A stretch of DNA of 64,000 nt from an uncultured Desulfobacteraceae bacterium. Lineage in GTDB: Bacteria > Desulfobacterota > Desulfobacteria > Desulfobacterales > UBA11574. The notes under the pieces were generated by a model that worked only from the letters and a program-made list of their open reading frames with translations, was not told the origin of the DNA and made no database searches. Position numbers and translations under genes: made by a program. The stretch lies in assembly GCA_964492995.1 (NCBI GenBank), contig CAZBOB010000003.1, positions 7,114 to 71,113 on the forward strand, read 5' to 3'. Positions within the stretch are counted from its first letter, which is position 1. Each line of letters starts with the position of its first letter. Positions 47,444 to 57,843 of the stretch are shown in pieces.

Positions 47444-48502
47444 ATGGACCTGCTTAAACAGATTGTCCTCGGCAATTCCCTTGAAAAGTGGCTGCTTGCC
47501 GCGGGCATCGCCGTCGTCGGAACCGTTATTTTAAACATTTTTACAAAAATTCTGGCACGTGGTTTTAATTCCTTGAACAAAAAAGTGCCGAGTGATTTCC
47601 CCCAGTTCCTTGCTGAAATGTTTCGCCGAACGAAAAAAACAATCTTGTTCTTAATAATACTCTATGTGGCGAGTACAGTATTGCAGTTACCGGCCACGTT
47701 GGCTAAGTTTTTACGGTATATCGCCGTGATTTTGGTTGGTATTCAGGTCGGTATTTGGTCCAGTTTTTTCGTCGTCAAACTCGTATCCGAATATGTGATT
47801 CAAAAGACCGACAAAGATGAAGTGCCATCAGGCATCGCAGTAGCCACGCTAATTGCCAGAGTTACCGTCTGGGCATTTGTTATTTTGCTCGTCCTCGACA
47901 ATCTGGGCTTCAATATTACGACACTTATCGCCGGGCTCGGTGTTGGGGGTATTGCTGTTGCCATGGCATCTCAAAGTATCCTTGCGGATCTGTTTGCCTC
48001 GCTTTCAATTCTTTTGGATAAGCCCTTTAAGGTCGGCGATTTCATCATTGTAGGGGATCTGCTCGGATCGGTTGAAAATATCGGTTTAAAGACCACGCGA
48101 TTGCGAAGTCTAAGCGGTGAGCAGCTCGTTTTTTCAAATGCTGATTTGCTGTCCAGCCGAATTCGGAATTATAAACGCATGCAAGAACGTCGTGTGGTGT
48201 TTACTGTTGGCGTTGAGTATAGCACTGCCTCTGACAAACTCAAACGTATCCCCCAGATGATCAAAGACATCGTACAATCGATTCAATCCACACGCTTTGA
48301 CCGTTCTCATTTTATGAGTTACGGTGATTTTTCACTAAATTTCGAGACAGTCTATTATGTCCTTTCCTCTGATTACAACACCTATGCTGATATACAACAG
48401 GAAATTAATATCAAATTATTCGAAAAATTTGAAGATAAGCAGATCGTTTTTGCCTTCCCGAGCCGCACTATTTATTTCGCTGATGAGCAAAAAACCAGTT
48501 AA
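47444..48502 (+). CDS. MscS-family mechanosensitive ion channel
   Basis: N-terminal TM helices, then the MscS core PFKVGDFIIVGDLLGSVENIGLKTTRLRSLSGEQLVFSNADL. Confidence 0.88.
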   Translation: MDLLKQIVLGNSLEKWLLAAGIAVVGTVILNIFTKILARGFNSLNKKVPSDFPQFLAEMFRRTKKTILFLIILYVASTVLQLPATLAKFLRYIAVILVGIQVGIWSSFFVVKLVSEYVIQKTDKDEVPSGIAVATLIARVTVWAFVILLVLDNLGFNITTLIAGLGVGGIAVAMASQSILADLFASLSILLDKPFKVGDFIIVGDLLGSVENIGLKTTRLRSLSGEQLVFSNADLLSSRIRNYKRMQERRVVFTVGVEYSTASDKLKRIPQMIKDIVQSIQSTRFDRSHFMSYGDFSLNFETVYYVLSSDYNTYADIQQEINIKLFEKFEDKQIVFAFPSRTIYFADEQKTS

Positions 48503-49285
48503 GAAGTCAGCTTATTGTTTCATAAGATTTTGAAGTTGTTAGCAAATTTTGAAGCGGTTGATAAATATTTTGGCAGCTCAGCCACCAATAATCAGAAAAG
48601 CAACGTAATGCCATAATTATTAATCCAGCATTTGATAATGACAGTAATACTGGCGAGATATTTCTTGGTCCATTTTGGTTATACATTTTTAATTTTTGGC
48701 AATTAAAAATGGAGTACATAAAAAAGACTTTTACTTTTTAGTAAAACAGCTTTTTACCCTGTGTTTATAAGAAGAATTGACGAATCCAATCTCTTTACCG
48801 ATTTTAGGAAGGATAAGAATTTAAAAAGCCCACCGAAAAATACTTATCCAGTTTCCTTGGAATACGTAATTTACCCCATATAAATCGGTCACAATATTCA
48901 TTAACTTATTGTTTATAAATATGAAACAGATAGGAGAGATAAAATAAATTTGGTCGAAAAATTGGAAATTGAAAACAAGGACTTGCTGAAACCTCAAGAT
49001 GATAGATAAAAATCAGAAGATAACACGGGCTACCATACCATCCCGCTTTCGATTGATGGCGGTTGGAGCCATTTCCCAGGAGGAACTGAAAAATATCAAT
49101 ACACATCAGCTTAAGATATTCTTAACAGAATTAGACCCGAAAAATTGGCCACCGGAAATCTATCACCTCAAAAAGTATGTTCGTGAAAAACAGGATGCTT
49201 AGGCCGTGAAAGAGAATTGTTTGGAACCGTTTTTAGTTCTATTCATCATTATAAGAAATGGGGAGTTCCAAGCGAAAGCGAACAA

Positions 49286-49384
49286 ATGGGCACGGTTGTT
49301 AAGAAAAGAAGAAAGAAAATAAGAAAACATAAACATAGGAAGAAGTTGAAAAGGACTCGCCATAAGCGGAGGAAAAAGAAATAG
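49286..49384 (+). CDS. 32-aa highly basic peptide (AURKAIP1/COX24-like, bS22-like small protein)
   Basis: The hand translation MGTVVKKRRKKIRKHKHRKKLKRTRHKRRKKK resembles the widespread MGSVIKKRRKRM..KKKHRK family. It is too short for the supplied ORF track. Confidence 0.55.
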   Translation: MGTVVKKRRKKIRKHKHRKKLKRTRHKRRKKK

Positions 49385-49551
49385 TGCATCTGGTTTTCAA
49401 TCATGACTATGACAGGGACATGTGTATAACCTTATTTACCTCACAAATCTATGATGCAAACTTGCATTTGTTTTTATTAGGCATATTTTTTATGTTGATT
49501 TTAATGTTTTCTACTGATTAGAATTAATAAAACAACCATTAATAGAAAAAA

Positions 49552-50382
49552 ATGTCTTCCGCAATATGTCTGTTTAGCGATTTAGATCGCACTATTTTAC
49601 CCAATGGATCTCAGGAAGAATCGCCTCGGGTAAGGTCTGTGCTGTGGCGACTCGCAGAACGTCCGGAAATGACGCTGGTTTACGTTACTGGACGGAATAA
49701 AATACTCATCATGGATGCCATTAAAGAGTTTGCCATACCCGTGCCGGATTTTGCCATCGGAGATGTGGGAACTACGCTCTATCGGGTTACGAATGGCAAG
49801 TGGGAAATGACGGCAAGCTGGTCTCGGCATATCGGAAAAGATTGGAAAGGTCTGGTGGGGCATGACCTAACCGGACTGCTGGATGATTTTGATGAGATAC
49901 GATTGCAGGAACCTGAAAAACAAAACCAATATAAATTGAGCTATTATGCTGATCGAACGGTTAATCACTACCGCCTGGTTGATAAAATTCGCCGCCGTCT
50001 CCAGGCCAAAGGTATCAATGCCGGTATAATTTGGAGCGTTGATGAACCCAACGAACTGGGGTTAATCGATATTCTTCCTGAGCATGCGACCAAATTGCAT
50101 GCCATAAAATTTCTTTTACAGACCCAAGGAATTCATAAACAGCGTGCCGTTTTTGCCGGCGACAGCGGCAATGATCTGGATGCACTGACAAGCAATTTGC
50201 AGGCCATTTTGGTCAAAAATGCATCCAAAAATGTACGGAAAGAAGCTATGAAAATACTGTCACACAAGCAGATGACGGACCGTCTGTATCTGGCCCGGGG
50301 CGATTTTTTCGGAATGAACGGCAATTATACCTCCGGCGTGCTCGAAGGTTTGGTCCGTTTTTTCCCTGAAACCGAGCAGTGA
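49552..50382 (+). CDS. HAD-IIB hydrolase, sucrose-phosphate phosphatase-like
   Basis: HAD motif I DLDRT and motif IV GDSGND. It sits within the sucrose gene cluster. Confidence 0.7.
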   Translation: MSSAICLFSDLDRTILPNGSQEESPRVRSVLWRLAERPEMTLVYVTGRNKILIMDAIKEFAIPVPDFAIGDVGTTLYRVTNGKWEMTASWSRHIGKDWKGLVGHDLTGLLDDFDEIRLQEPEKQNQYKLSYYADRTVNHYRLVDKIRRRLQAKGINAGIIWSVDEPNELGLIDILPEHATKLHAIKFLLQTQGIHKQRAVFAGDSGNDLDALTSNLQAILVKNASKNVRKEAMKILSHKQMTDRLYLARGDFFGMNGNYTSGVLEGLVRFFPETEQ

Positions 50383-50398
50383 ATAAGAGAGGCGATAT

Positions 50399-51304
50399 AT
50401 GATTCTGGTTGTCGGTGAAATTTTGTTCGATGTGTTTCCGGATTACAAGCGCCTGGGGGGTGCCCCCTTTAATTTTGCCTTTCATTTGAGGAATCTCGGG
50501 ATGCCCACTCGCTTTATAACCCGAATCGGTAATGATGCTGATGGAAAAGAAATTCTACAACAATTAAAACAGTACGGATTTATTACTGATGATATTCAGG
50601 TTGATGACAAGCACAGTACCGGCAAAGTCATGGTGAAACTTGACACCAAAGGAGTGCCGGAATTTAACATCCTGCCCGGTGTAGCCTATGACCATATCGT
50701 ATTTAATCCATCAATTACATCATTGCTTAATGAAAACACCAAGCTTATCTATTTCGGCTCTCTTATTCAAAGAAGCAAATGTGGTTTTAAAACTCTGCAG
50801 AAAATTCTTTCCCAAAGGAACCAAAATACCAAGTGCCTTTATGATATCAATTTAAGACCGCGATGCTTTACCAAAGCGATAATTATAGAATCGTTCAAAC
50901 AAACCCATGTGCTTAAATTAAATGATGAAGAACTTGAAATTATAAAACAGATGTTCGATCCTGAAAAGAAATCCAGAGCATTTATCGAGTTTCTCATGAT
51001 AAAATTCGACATTGAAATGATATCACTAACAAAAGGCGAAAATGGAAGTTGTCTGTATATAAAAGATAAAGAATATTGCATAGAGCCGAACAGAACCCGG
51101 AAGATCGTTGATACCGTGGGAGCTGGAGATGCTTATGCGGCAATTCTCGCGATAGGTTATCTTAATAAGTGGCACCCCGAACGAATTCTTATGGTTGCGA
51201 CAGATTTTGCATCAATCATCTGTGAAAATGAAGGCGCTGTTCCTTCATCGAAAAGATTCTATGAGAAAAATATAACGCTGACCAAGGAAATTATCAATGA
51301 ATAA
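50399..51304 (+). CDS. PfkB-family sugar kinase (fructokinase-like)
   Basis: Contains VVGEILFDVFPDYKRLGGAPFNFA and DTVGAGDAY motifs. Confidence 0.8.
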   Translation: MILVVGEILFDVFPDYKRLGGAPFNFAFHLRNLGMPTRFITRIGNDADGKEILQQLKQYGFITDDIQVDDKHSTGKVMVKLDTKGVPEFNILPGVAYDHIVFNPSITSLLNENTKLIYFGSLIQRSKCGFKTLQKILSQRNQNTKCLYDINLRPRCFTKAIIIESFKQTHVLKLNDEELEIIKQMFDPEKKSRAFIEFLMIKFDIEMISLTKGENGSCLYIKDKEYCIEPNRTRKIVDTVGAGDAYAAILAIGYLNKWHPERILMVATDFASIICENEGAVPSSKRFYEKNITLTKEIINE

Positions 51305-53498
51305 AAACAAATTATATATTCAGATGTTTAGTATTCATGGCTTGCTGAGAGCCGAAAGTATGGAACTGGGCCGCGATGCGGACACCGGAGGACAGATCAA
51401 CTATGTTATGGAGTTGGGTCGGCATTTAAGCCAGGTAGAAGACATCGGAAAAGTCGATCTTTTCACCCGACTGATTGTAGACAGAGCTGTTTCCGAAGAT
51501 TATGGGAAGCCTATTGAGGAAGTAAATGATAAATTTCGTATTATTAGAATTCAATGTGGGGGCCGCAAGTATTTTCGCAAGGAATTGTTATGGCCGCATT
51601 TAGATGAATACATTGATAAAACCATCAAATTCATCAAACCTCAGGAGGCAATTCCTGACATCGTACATGGTCACTATGCCGATGCCGGGTATGTGGCCAT
51701 GCAACTTGCCCGTATTTTCGGAATACCCTTTATATTTACAGGTCATTCTTTAGGCAGGGCCAAAAAGCAAAAGCTCATAAACGAAGGCATGAAGGAAACA
51801 GAAATTGTCAAAAAGTACAAAATCGACCACCGTATTTCTGTTGAAGAAGAGGTCATGAATTATGCGGATCTGATCATCGCAAGCACCACTCAGGAAGTTA
51901 ATAAACAGTATGGCGTGTACCAACGCAAGAAATTGTCGGATTTTAGAGTCATTCCCCCAGGAATTGATATTGAAAAATTTTATCCTTATTATCACGACAT
52001 TCTGCCGGAAAGCGAAAAATCCGAAACCGAGATGTATGCCCAGGCATCTATTTTACAGGAGTTGAACCGTTTTTTCATTCATCCTGAAAAACCTCTGATT
52101 TTAGCACTCTGCCGACCGGACAAACGAAAAAATATTTCAGGACTCGTCAAGGCTTATGGCGAGGACCAGGAACTCCAAGCAATGGCCAATCTGGCTATTT
52201 TTGCAGGAATCCGAAAAGACATCGAAGCAATGGAAGAAAATGAAAGAGATGTGCTTACTAACATGTTGCTGCTCATGGACAAATATGATTTATATGGTAA
52301 AATGGCCATTCCCAAAAAGCATGACTTCGAATATGAGGTTCCTGAGCTGTACCGTGTGGCCGCGAATAAAAAAGGCGTATTTGTCAACCCTGCATTGACC
52401 GAACCTTTTGGTCTAACCCTGTTAGAAGCTTCTGCCACGGGGCTTCCTGTCGTTTCAACGAATGACGGCGGGCCGGAAGATATTATCACCAATTGTAGAA
52501 ACGGTATTTTGATCGATCCGACAAAGGCACAGGAAATAGCTGGCGGTATTAAGAAAATTTTATCAGATAATGACAGCTGGAATCAATTTTCAAAAAACGG
52601 GATAATGAAAGTTCGAGAACACTACACATGGAAAAGTCATGCCTTAAAGTACGCCGAAGAAATAAAACGACTCGTTGCAGCGGAAGAAGCTCCGGACATG
52701 CAAACCGCTATACCCTCGGATTCGATTGGAAGGCGATTGTTAAGTCTTAACTATTTTTTGATGACTGATATCGATGACACGCTGATCGGCATGAAAAACG
52801 ATCATCTCAAAGACTTACTAAATCTGCTAAAAGAAAATTACAAGTATATTGGCTTTGGTGTTGCCACCGGACGCAACGTTGAATCTGCCGTTGAATTTCT
52901 GAAACTCCATGGTGTGCATCATCCGGATGTGATCATTTCATCTGTAGGAACAGAAATTTACTACAGTAAGTTCTTGCATTATGGTAAAGGCTGGGAGAGC
53001 CACATTTCGAGCCAATGGGACAGAAAGAAGATCGTCACGCTTCTCAAGGATTTCGATTTTTTGGAATATCAGGAAGATTCAAACCAGACATCATTTAAAA
53101 TAAGCTATAACATGCCCCCTGCCAAAGATCGATTGGCCAGGATCCACGACTTATTGTTAAAAAACAGGTGTCGTTATAATATGATTTACTCACAACAAAA
53201 GTATTTGGATATCCTGCCATACCGCTCTTCCAAGGGTAAAGCCATAAGATATCTGAGTTACAAGTGGGATATTCCATTGAGAAAATTTCTGGTTTGCGGT
53301 GATTCCGGAAATGATGAAGAGATGCTACGAGGTGAACCCCTTGCCGTTGTTGTGGGTAACCACAGTAAGGAGCTTGAAAAGCTTAAAGGAGGGAAAAATA
53401 TATATTTTGCAAAACAAACGTGCGCGGGCGGTATTATAGAGGCAATAGAACGTTATAAATTGATCCGGAAAGCAAGAGGTTATAACGAGCAGTTATGA
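51297..53498 (+). CDS. sucrose-phosphate synthase (GT4) with a C-terminal SPP-like HAD domain
   Basis: SIHGLLRAESMELGRDADTGGQINYVMEL is typical of SPS. GT-B blocks are present (EPFGLTLLEA). The C-terminal domain carries DIDDT and GDSGND. Confidence 0.85.
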   Translation: MNKNKLYIQMFSIHGLLRAESMELGRDADTGGQINYVMELGRHLSQVEDIGKVDLFTRLIVDRAVSEDYGKPIEEVNDKFRIIRIQCGGRKYFRKELLWPHLDEYIDKTIKFIKPQEAIPDIVHGHYADAGYVAMQLARIFGIPFIFTGHSLGRAKKQKLINEGMKETEIVKKYKIDHRISVEEEVMNYADLIIASTTQEVNKQYGVYQRKKLSDFRVIPPGIDIEKFYPYYHDILPESEKSETEMYAQASILQELNRFFIHPEKPLILALCRPDKRKNISGLVKAYGEDQELQAMANLAIFAGIRKDIEAMEENERDVLTNMLLLMDKYDLYGKMAIPKKHDFEYEVPELYRVAANKKGVFVNPALTEPFGLTLLEASATGLPVVSTNDGGPEDIITNCRNGILIDPTKAQEIAGGIKKILSDNDSWNQFSKNGIMKVREHYTWKSHALKYAEEIKRLVAAEEAPDMQTAIPSDSIGRRLLSLNYFLMTDIDDTLIGMKNDHLKDLLNLLKENYKYIGFGVATGRNVESAVEFLKLHGVHHPDVIISSVGTEIYYSKFLHYGKGWESHISSQWDRKKIVTLLKDFDFLEYQEDSNQTSFKISYNMPPAKDRLARIHDLLLKNRCRYNMIYSQQKYLDILPYRSSKGKAIRYLSYKWDIPLRKFLVCGDSGNDEEMLRGEPLAVVVGNHSKELEKLKGGKNIYFAKQTCAGGIIEAIERYKLIRKARGYNEQL

Positions 53499-55951
53499 GA
53501 AATCAACTAACATCCATTATTACTAAAAATGACAGAAAAAGTTTTAGAGAATATATTACATTCCTTACAAACCAGGAAAAGAAATTCTTCCCGAGAAATG
53601 ACGTCATTCAAATCTTTCGACAATACTGTGATGTCACTAAGAAGACCAAAAGATTCCGCGAAAAATCATCCATTTTTAATTTTATAAAGAAAATTCAAGA
53701 ATCTTTTATTATACATGAACATATCGCGGTCATGCATCGGTATGCTGTTGCAAAATACCGGTTCTTTCTCATCCGTAACGATGGAGAATATATAGAAGAG
53801 ATCGATAGTTCCATACACCTGGACCTGAAAGATCAGCATGGATTGATAGAACAGAAAAATGTGACCCACCCCCATATAGATTTCATGCCGTTTTACGATT
53901 ACTCACCTTCAATAAAAGACAGCCGGTCAATCGGTAACGGAATACGATTTCTTAACCGTTATTTATGCAGCAATATATTCAACAACCCGAACGAGTGGAA
54001 CGAAAAGCTATTTGAGTTCATAAAATTGCACAAATTTAAAGAACAGCAATTATTGGTAAACGGCGACTTGATAAATAATTTTAAAACTTTTTTTGGCAAA
54101 ATTGAAAAAATAAAAGAATGGCTTGAAACCAGAAAACCTGAAACCCCGTATTCGGCTGTAATGACCAAGATGAAAAAAACAGGATTCGAAGCCGGCTGGG
54201 GAAACACGGTGGGCAGAATCATCGAGACCATACAGTTTCTGATCGATCTTGTAAATGAACCCACGGATTATTTATTGGAAAAGTTCATATCGTGCGTTCC
54301 CATGCCCCTTATATCAAAGGTCGCGATTATATCTCCTCACGGATGGTTCGGCCAAACCGATGTTCTCGGAAAGCCGGATACCGGCGGGCAGGTGATCTAT
54401 ATTCTTGATCAGGTCCGTGCCCTTGAAAAATATTTAAAAAAAACCATTCAATTAACCGGTCTTGATGTTGAACCAAAGATAATTGTTGTAACAAGGCTTA
54501 TACCTCAGGCAGAGAACACAACCTGTAATCAGAAAAAGGAAAAAATATTTCAGACCCATAACGGGTTTATTCTTCGAATACCTTTCAGAGACAATGATTA
54601 CAACATCGTAAAACATTGGATCTCACGTTTTAAAATCTGGCCCTACCTCGACGCTTTTGCCGATGATGCTTCGACCGAACTTGTCAGTGAGTTTTCAGGA
54701 CATCCTGATCTTATCATTGGGAATTATTCGGACGGAAACCTTGTGGCTTCATTACTTTCAGATAAATTTGACGTGATTCAATGTACCATTGCTCATGCAC
54801 TTGAAAAGAACAAATATCCTTTTTCTGATCTGTATTGGCAAAAAAAGGAAAATGACTACCACTTCTCGCTTCAATTTATCGCAGACATTCTTTCGATGAA
54901 CAAATCGGATTTTATTATTACAAGCACCCATCAGGAAATCACCGGAACGGAAGATACCATGGGTCAATATGAATCCTACCAATTCTTTACCTTGCCCGGT
55001 CTCTATCAGGTTGTAAGCGGTATTAACCTTTTTTCTCCCAAATTTAACGTAATTCCACCGGGTGTAGATGAAAATCTTTATTTTCCCTACTACATCAAGG
55101 AAAAACGGATAAAGAGTAAAACCATGCAATGGGAAAAACGGCTTTTCCATGAAAAGTCGGAAGACATCTATGGACAACTGGACAGACCGGAAAAACTGCC
55201 GATTTTTACAATGGCCCGATTTGATAAAGTAAAGAACATCACAGGCCTTATCCAGGCATTCGGTATTAGCAAAGCACTGCAGCAAAACTGTAATCTTATT
55301 TTTGCGGCAGGAACAATTCATATTGAAGAATCCAAAGATCTTGAAGAAAGGGAAGAAATCCATAAAGCTTACGATCTAATTGAACGCTACAATCTCCATG
55401 GCAAATTTCGTTGGTTACCCAGCATCAATAAACTTGATACGGGTGAAGTTTATCGAATCATCGCAGATCATGGCGGTATGTTTGTACAACCCGCCCTTTT
55501 TGAAGCTTTTGGCCTCACTATCATTGAAGCAATGGCCTCGGGGCTGCCAACATTCGGGCCAAAATTTGGTGGACCGCTCGAGATTATTGAATATGGTGTC
55601 AATGGACTTCTACTGAATACGAGTAAACCTGAGCTTATCGCCAAAAGCCTCGAAAGCTTTATTGAAACGTGCAATACGGATAAAAGTTACTGGTCGATGA
55701 TCTCTGAAAACGGTATCCAAAGAGTCGAAGAACATTTTAACTGGAAATCATACAGTGAGCGTTTGATAAATCTCACAAAACTTTATGGGTTCTGGCGATA
55801 TTCAGTATCAGGTAAGGGAAGAATTAAGTTAGACAGGTATTGTGACTTTATATATCATTTTCTCTTTAAAGAGCGAGCAAAAAATCTTGAAAAATCTATT
55901 ACCCAAAAGCAACACTTCAATACACCTGGCAAACTTTTCAAGAGGCGTTAA
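53495..55951 (+). CDS. sucrose synthase
   Basis: 818-aa ORF with GKPDTGGQVIYILDQVRALE and EAFGLTIIEAMASGLP. Its start overlaps the SPS stop. Confidence 0.88.
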   Translation: MRNQLTSIITKNDRKSFREYITFLTNQEKKFFPRNDVIQIFRQYCDVTKKTKRFREKSSIFNFIKKIQESFIIHEHIAVMHRYAVAKYRFFLIRNDGEYIEEIDSSIHLDLKDQHGLIEQKNVTHPHIDFMPFYDYSPSIKDSRSIGNGIRFLNRYLCSNIFNNPNEWNEKLFEFIKLHKFKEQQLLVNGDLINNFKTFFGKIEKIKEWLETRKPETPYSAVMTKMKKTGFEAGWGNTVGRIIETIQFLIDLVNEPTDYLLEKFISCVPMPLISKVAIISPHGWFGQTDVLGKPDTGGQVIYILDQVRALEKYLKKTIQLTGLDVEPKIIVVTRLIPQAENTTCNQKKEKIFQTHNGFILRIPFRDNDYNIVKHWISRFKIWPYLDAFADDASTELVSEFSGHPDLIIGNYSDGNLVASLLSDKFDVIQCTIAHALEKNKYPFSDLYWQKKENDYHFSLQFIADILSMNKSDFIITSTHQEITGTEDTMGQYESYQFFTLPGLYQVVSGINLFSPKFNVIPPGVDENLYFPYYIKEKRIKSKTMQWEKRLFHEKSEDIYGQLDRPEKLPIFTMARFDKVKNITGLIQAFGISKALQQNCNLIFAAGTIHIEESKDLEEREEIHKAYDLIERYNLHGKFRWLPSINKLDTGEVYRIIADHGGMFVQPALFEAFGLTIIEAMASGLPTFGPKFGGPLEIIEYGVNGLLLNTSKPELIAKSLESFIETCNTDKSYWSMISENGIQRVEEHFNWKSYSERLINLTKLYGFWRYSVSGKGRIKLDRYCDFIYHFLFKERAKNLEKSITQKQHFNTPGKLFKRR

Positions 55952-56109
55952 TGAACTCTGGCACCCATCATTTTTACCCAGCCTGCCCCGTAAGTCCCCG
56001 TGAAAGTACCGGGACAGGCCGGCAGATCTTACCGGGGTGAAACTTTTTTTCTATTTTACCGGGGCCATTACTCCATTATTCCATTATTCCAATTGGGCCT
56101 GCCCGCTCG

Positions 56110-56183
56110 TGCCTCAGGCCGCCTTGCCTTACTCGGCTGGCGGGCGAGCTTGCAATGGCAGGCGGGGCGAAGCCCCTAAGTTC
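56110..56183 (+). repeat. ~75-nt GC-rich intergenic repeat (partner of 8211-8285)
   Basis: Near-identical to the reverse complement of 8211-8285. Confidence 0.85.
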
Positions 56184-56274
56184 AATTTCGGGATTCAAGA
56201 AGGCTTGAACTATTTCTTTTTATTGACATTAAACAATTCGGATTGTATTTGAAATGTGAAAGAAAGGAGAACCT

Positions 56275-57075
56275 ATGCTCATTGTGGGAGAAAAAATCAA
56301 CACGAGCCGGAAGCGTATTGCTGAAGCGGTCGAAAAACGAGATGCTTCATTCATCGGCAAGGTTGCCCAAAGCCAGGCACAAGCAGGCGCCCATTATATT
56401 GACGTAAATGCCGGAACTTTTTTGGAAAAAGAAGCCGATTGCCTGTGCTGGCTGGTAGAAGCCGTCCAATCTGCTGTAGACCTGCCGCTCTGTCTGGACA
56501 GCCCGAATCCGGATGCCCTAACCGAGGCCATAAAACATCACAACGGCGAGCCGATGATCAATTCTATTTCCTTAGAGAAAGATCGTTTTTCTTCTCTTCT
56601 TCCTGTGGTCGCCAGTCACCCCTGCTGTGTCGTTGCGCTATGTATGGCTGAAACGTCAATGCCCGCTACCGTGGAAGAAAGAGTGCAAGTCGGATCAGAG
56701 CTTATACAAAAACTTACCGGCCAAGGAATTCCCGTGGAAAAGATCTACGTGGACCCACTGGTGCAGCCTGTTTCGGTTGACACCCGTATGGGCAATGCCA
56801 TATTAGAAGCCATCCGTAACATCATGAACGATTTTCCGGGGGTGAACACCATCTGTGGTCTTTCCAATGTTTCCTTCGGCCTTCCGTCTCGTCGTCTCAT
56901 CAATCGAAACTTTTTGGCTCTCTGTATGGCTTACGGCCTGTCTGCCGCCATTTTAGACCCCTGCGACACGGAACTGATGTCAACACTACTTGCCATTGAG
57001 ATGCTTCTCGGTCGCGATGAATATTGCGAAAACTTTATAGACGCGTATCAAAACGGCCGATTAACCATGGGATGA
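56275..57075 (+). CDS. methyltetrahydrofolate:corrinoid methyltransferase-like protein (MeTr/MtgA/MtrH family), copy 2
   Basis: Starts MLIVGEKINT and carries YIDVNAG, LCLDS, MINS, YVDPLV and GLSNVSFGLP. Confidence 0.85.
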   Translation: MLIVGEKINTSRKRIAEAVEKRDASFIGKVAQSQAQAGAHYIDVNAGTFLEKEADCLCWLVEAVQSAVDLPLCLDSPNPDALTEAIKHHNGEPMINSISLEKDRFSSLLPVVASHPCCVVALCMAETSMPATVEERVQVGSELIQKLTGQGIPVEKIYVDPLVQPVSVDTRMGNAILEAIRNIMNDFPGVNTICGLSNVSFGLPSRRLINRNFLALCMAYGLSAAILDPCDTELMSTLLAIEMLLGRDEYCENFIDAYQNGRLTMG

Positions 57076-57168
57076 GACTTTGAGTAATTTTTTAATACGT
57101 TTTGAGAAATTAAAAATAACAAACTTGCCCACTAACAATAAAATGCAACATGCTATCAAAAGGGGGAG

Positions 57169-57813
57169 ATGACTATGAGTGACATTAAGGCATTAAATGA
57201 AGCAGTAATCAAGGGGGACATTCAGACAGCTGTATCGCTGACCCAGAACGCAGTGGATGCGGGCACAAAGGCTCAAGAAGTTCTTGATCAAGGCCTCATT
57301 GCTGCAATGGATCAGGTTGGCGACAAATTTGCAAAAGGAGAGATGTTTGTTCCGCAAATGTTACGTTCTGCCAAAGCCATGCAAGAGTGTCTGAAGCTGA
57401 TCAAACCACAGTTTCAGGAGGGAGATCTCACGTCCAAAGGGAAAGTGGTCATCGGTACCGTAAAGGGAGATTTGCACGATATCGGGAAGAACCTGGTTGC
57501 CATGATGATGGAGGGCGCAGGATTTACCATCACCGATCTAGGGGTTGATATTTCGGCGGATACGTTTGTACAAAAAGTGCAGGAGGTTGAACCCGATATC
57601 CTGGCCATGTCGGCGTTACTGTCCACAACCATGCCGGGTATGCGAGAAACCATAGAGACACTCCAGAAAGCCGGGATCAAGGACAAAGTGATGGTGATGA
57701 TTGGCGGGGCACCGGTTACGGCCAATTTTGCCAGTGAAATCAAGGCGGATGCTTATGCACCCGATGCGGGATCTGCCGTGATTGAAGCTAAAAAGGTACT
57801 CGGCATTTCCTGA
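57169..57813 (+). CDS. corrinoid (B12-binding) protein, copy 2
   Basis: Carries GDLHDIGKNLV, SALLSTTM and GGAP. The second ATG at 57175 has the better Shine-Dalgarno spacing. Confidence 0.88.
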   Translation: MTMSDIKALNEAVIKGDIQTAVSLTQNAVDAGTKAQEVLDQGLIAAMDQVGDKFAKGEMFVPQMLRSAKAMQECLKLIKPQFQEGDLTSKGKVVIGTVKGDLHDIGKNLVAMMMEGAGFTITDLGVDISADTFVQKVQEVEPDILAMSALLSTTMPGMRETIETLQKAGIKDKVMVMIGGAPVTANFASEIKADAYAPDAGSAVIEAKKVLGIS

Positions 57814-57843
57814 ACCCCAAACCATTCAAACAAGGAGTAACGC

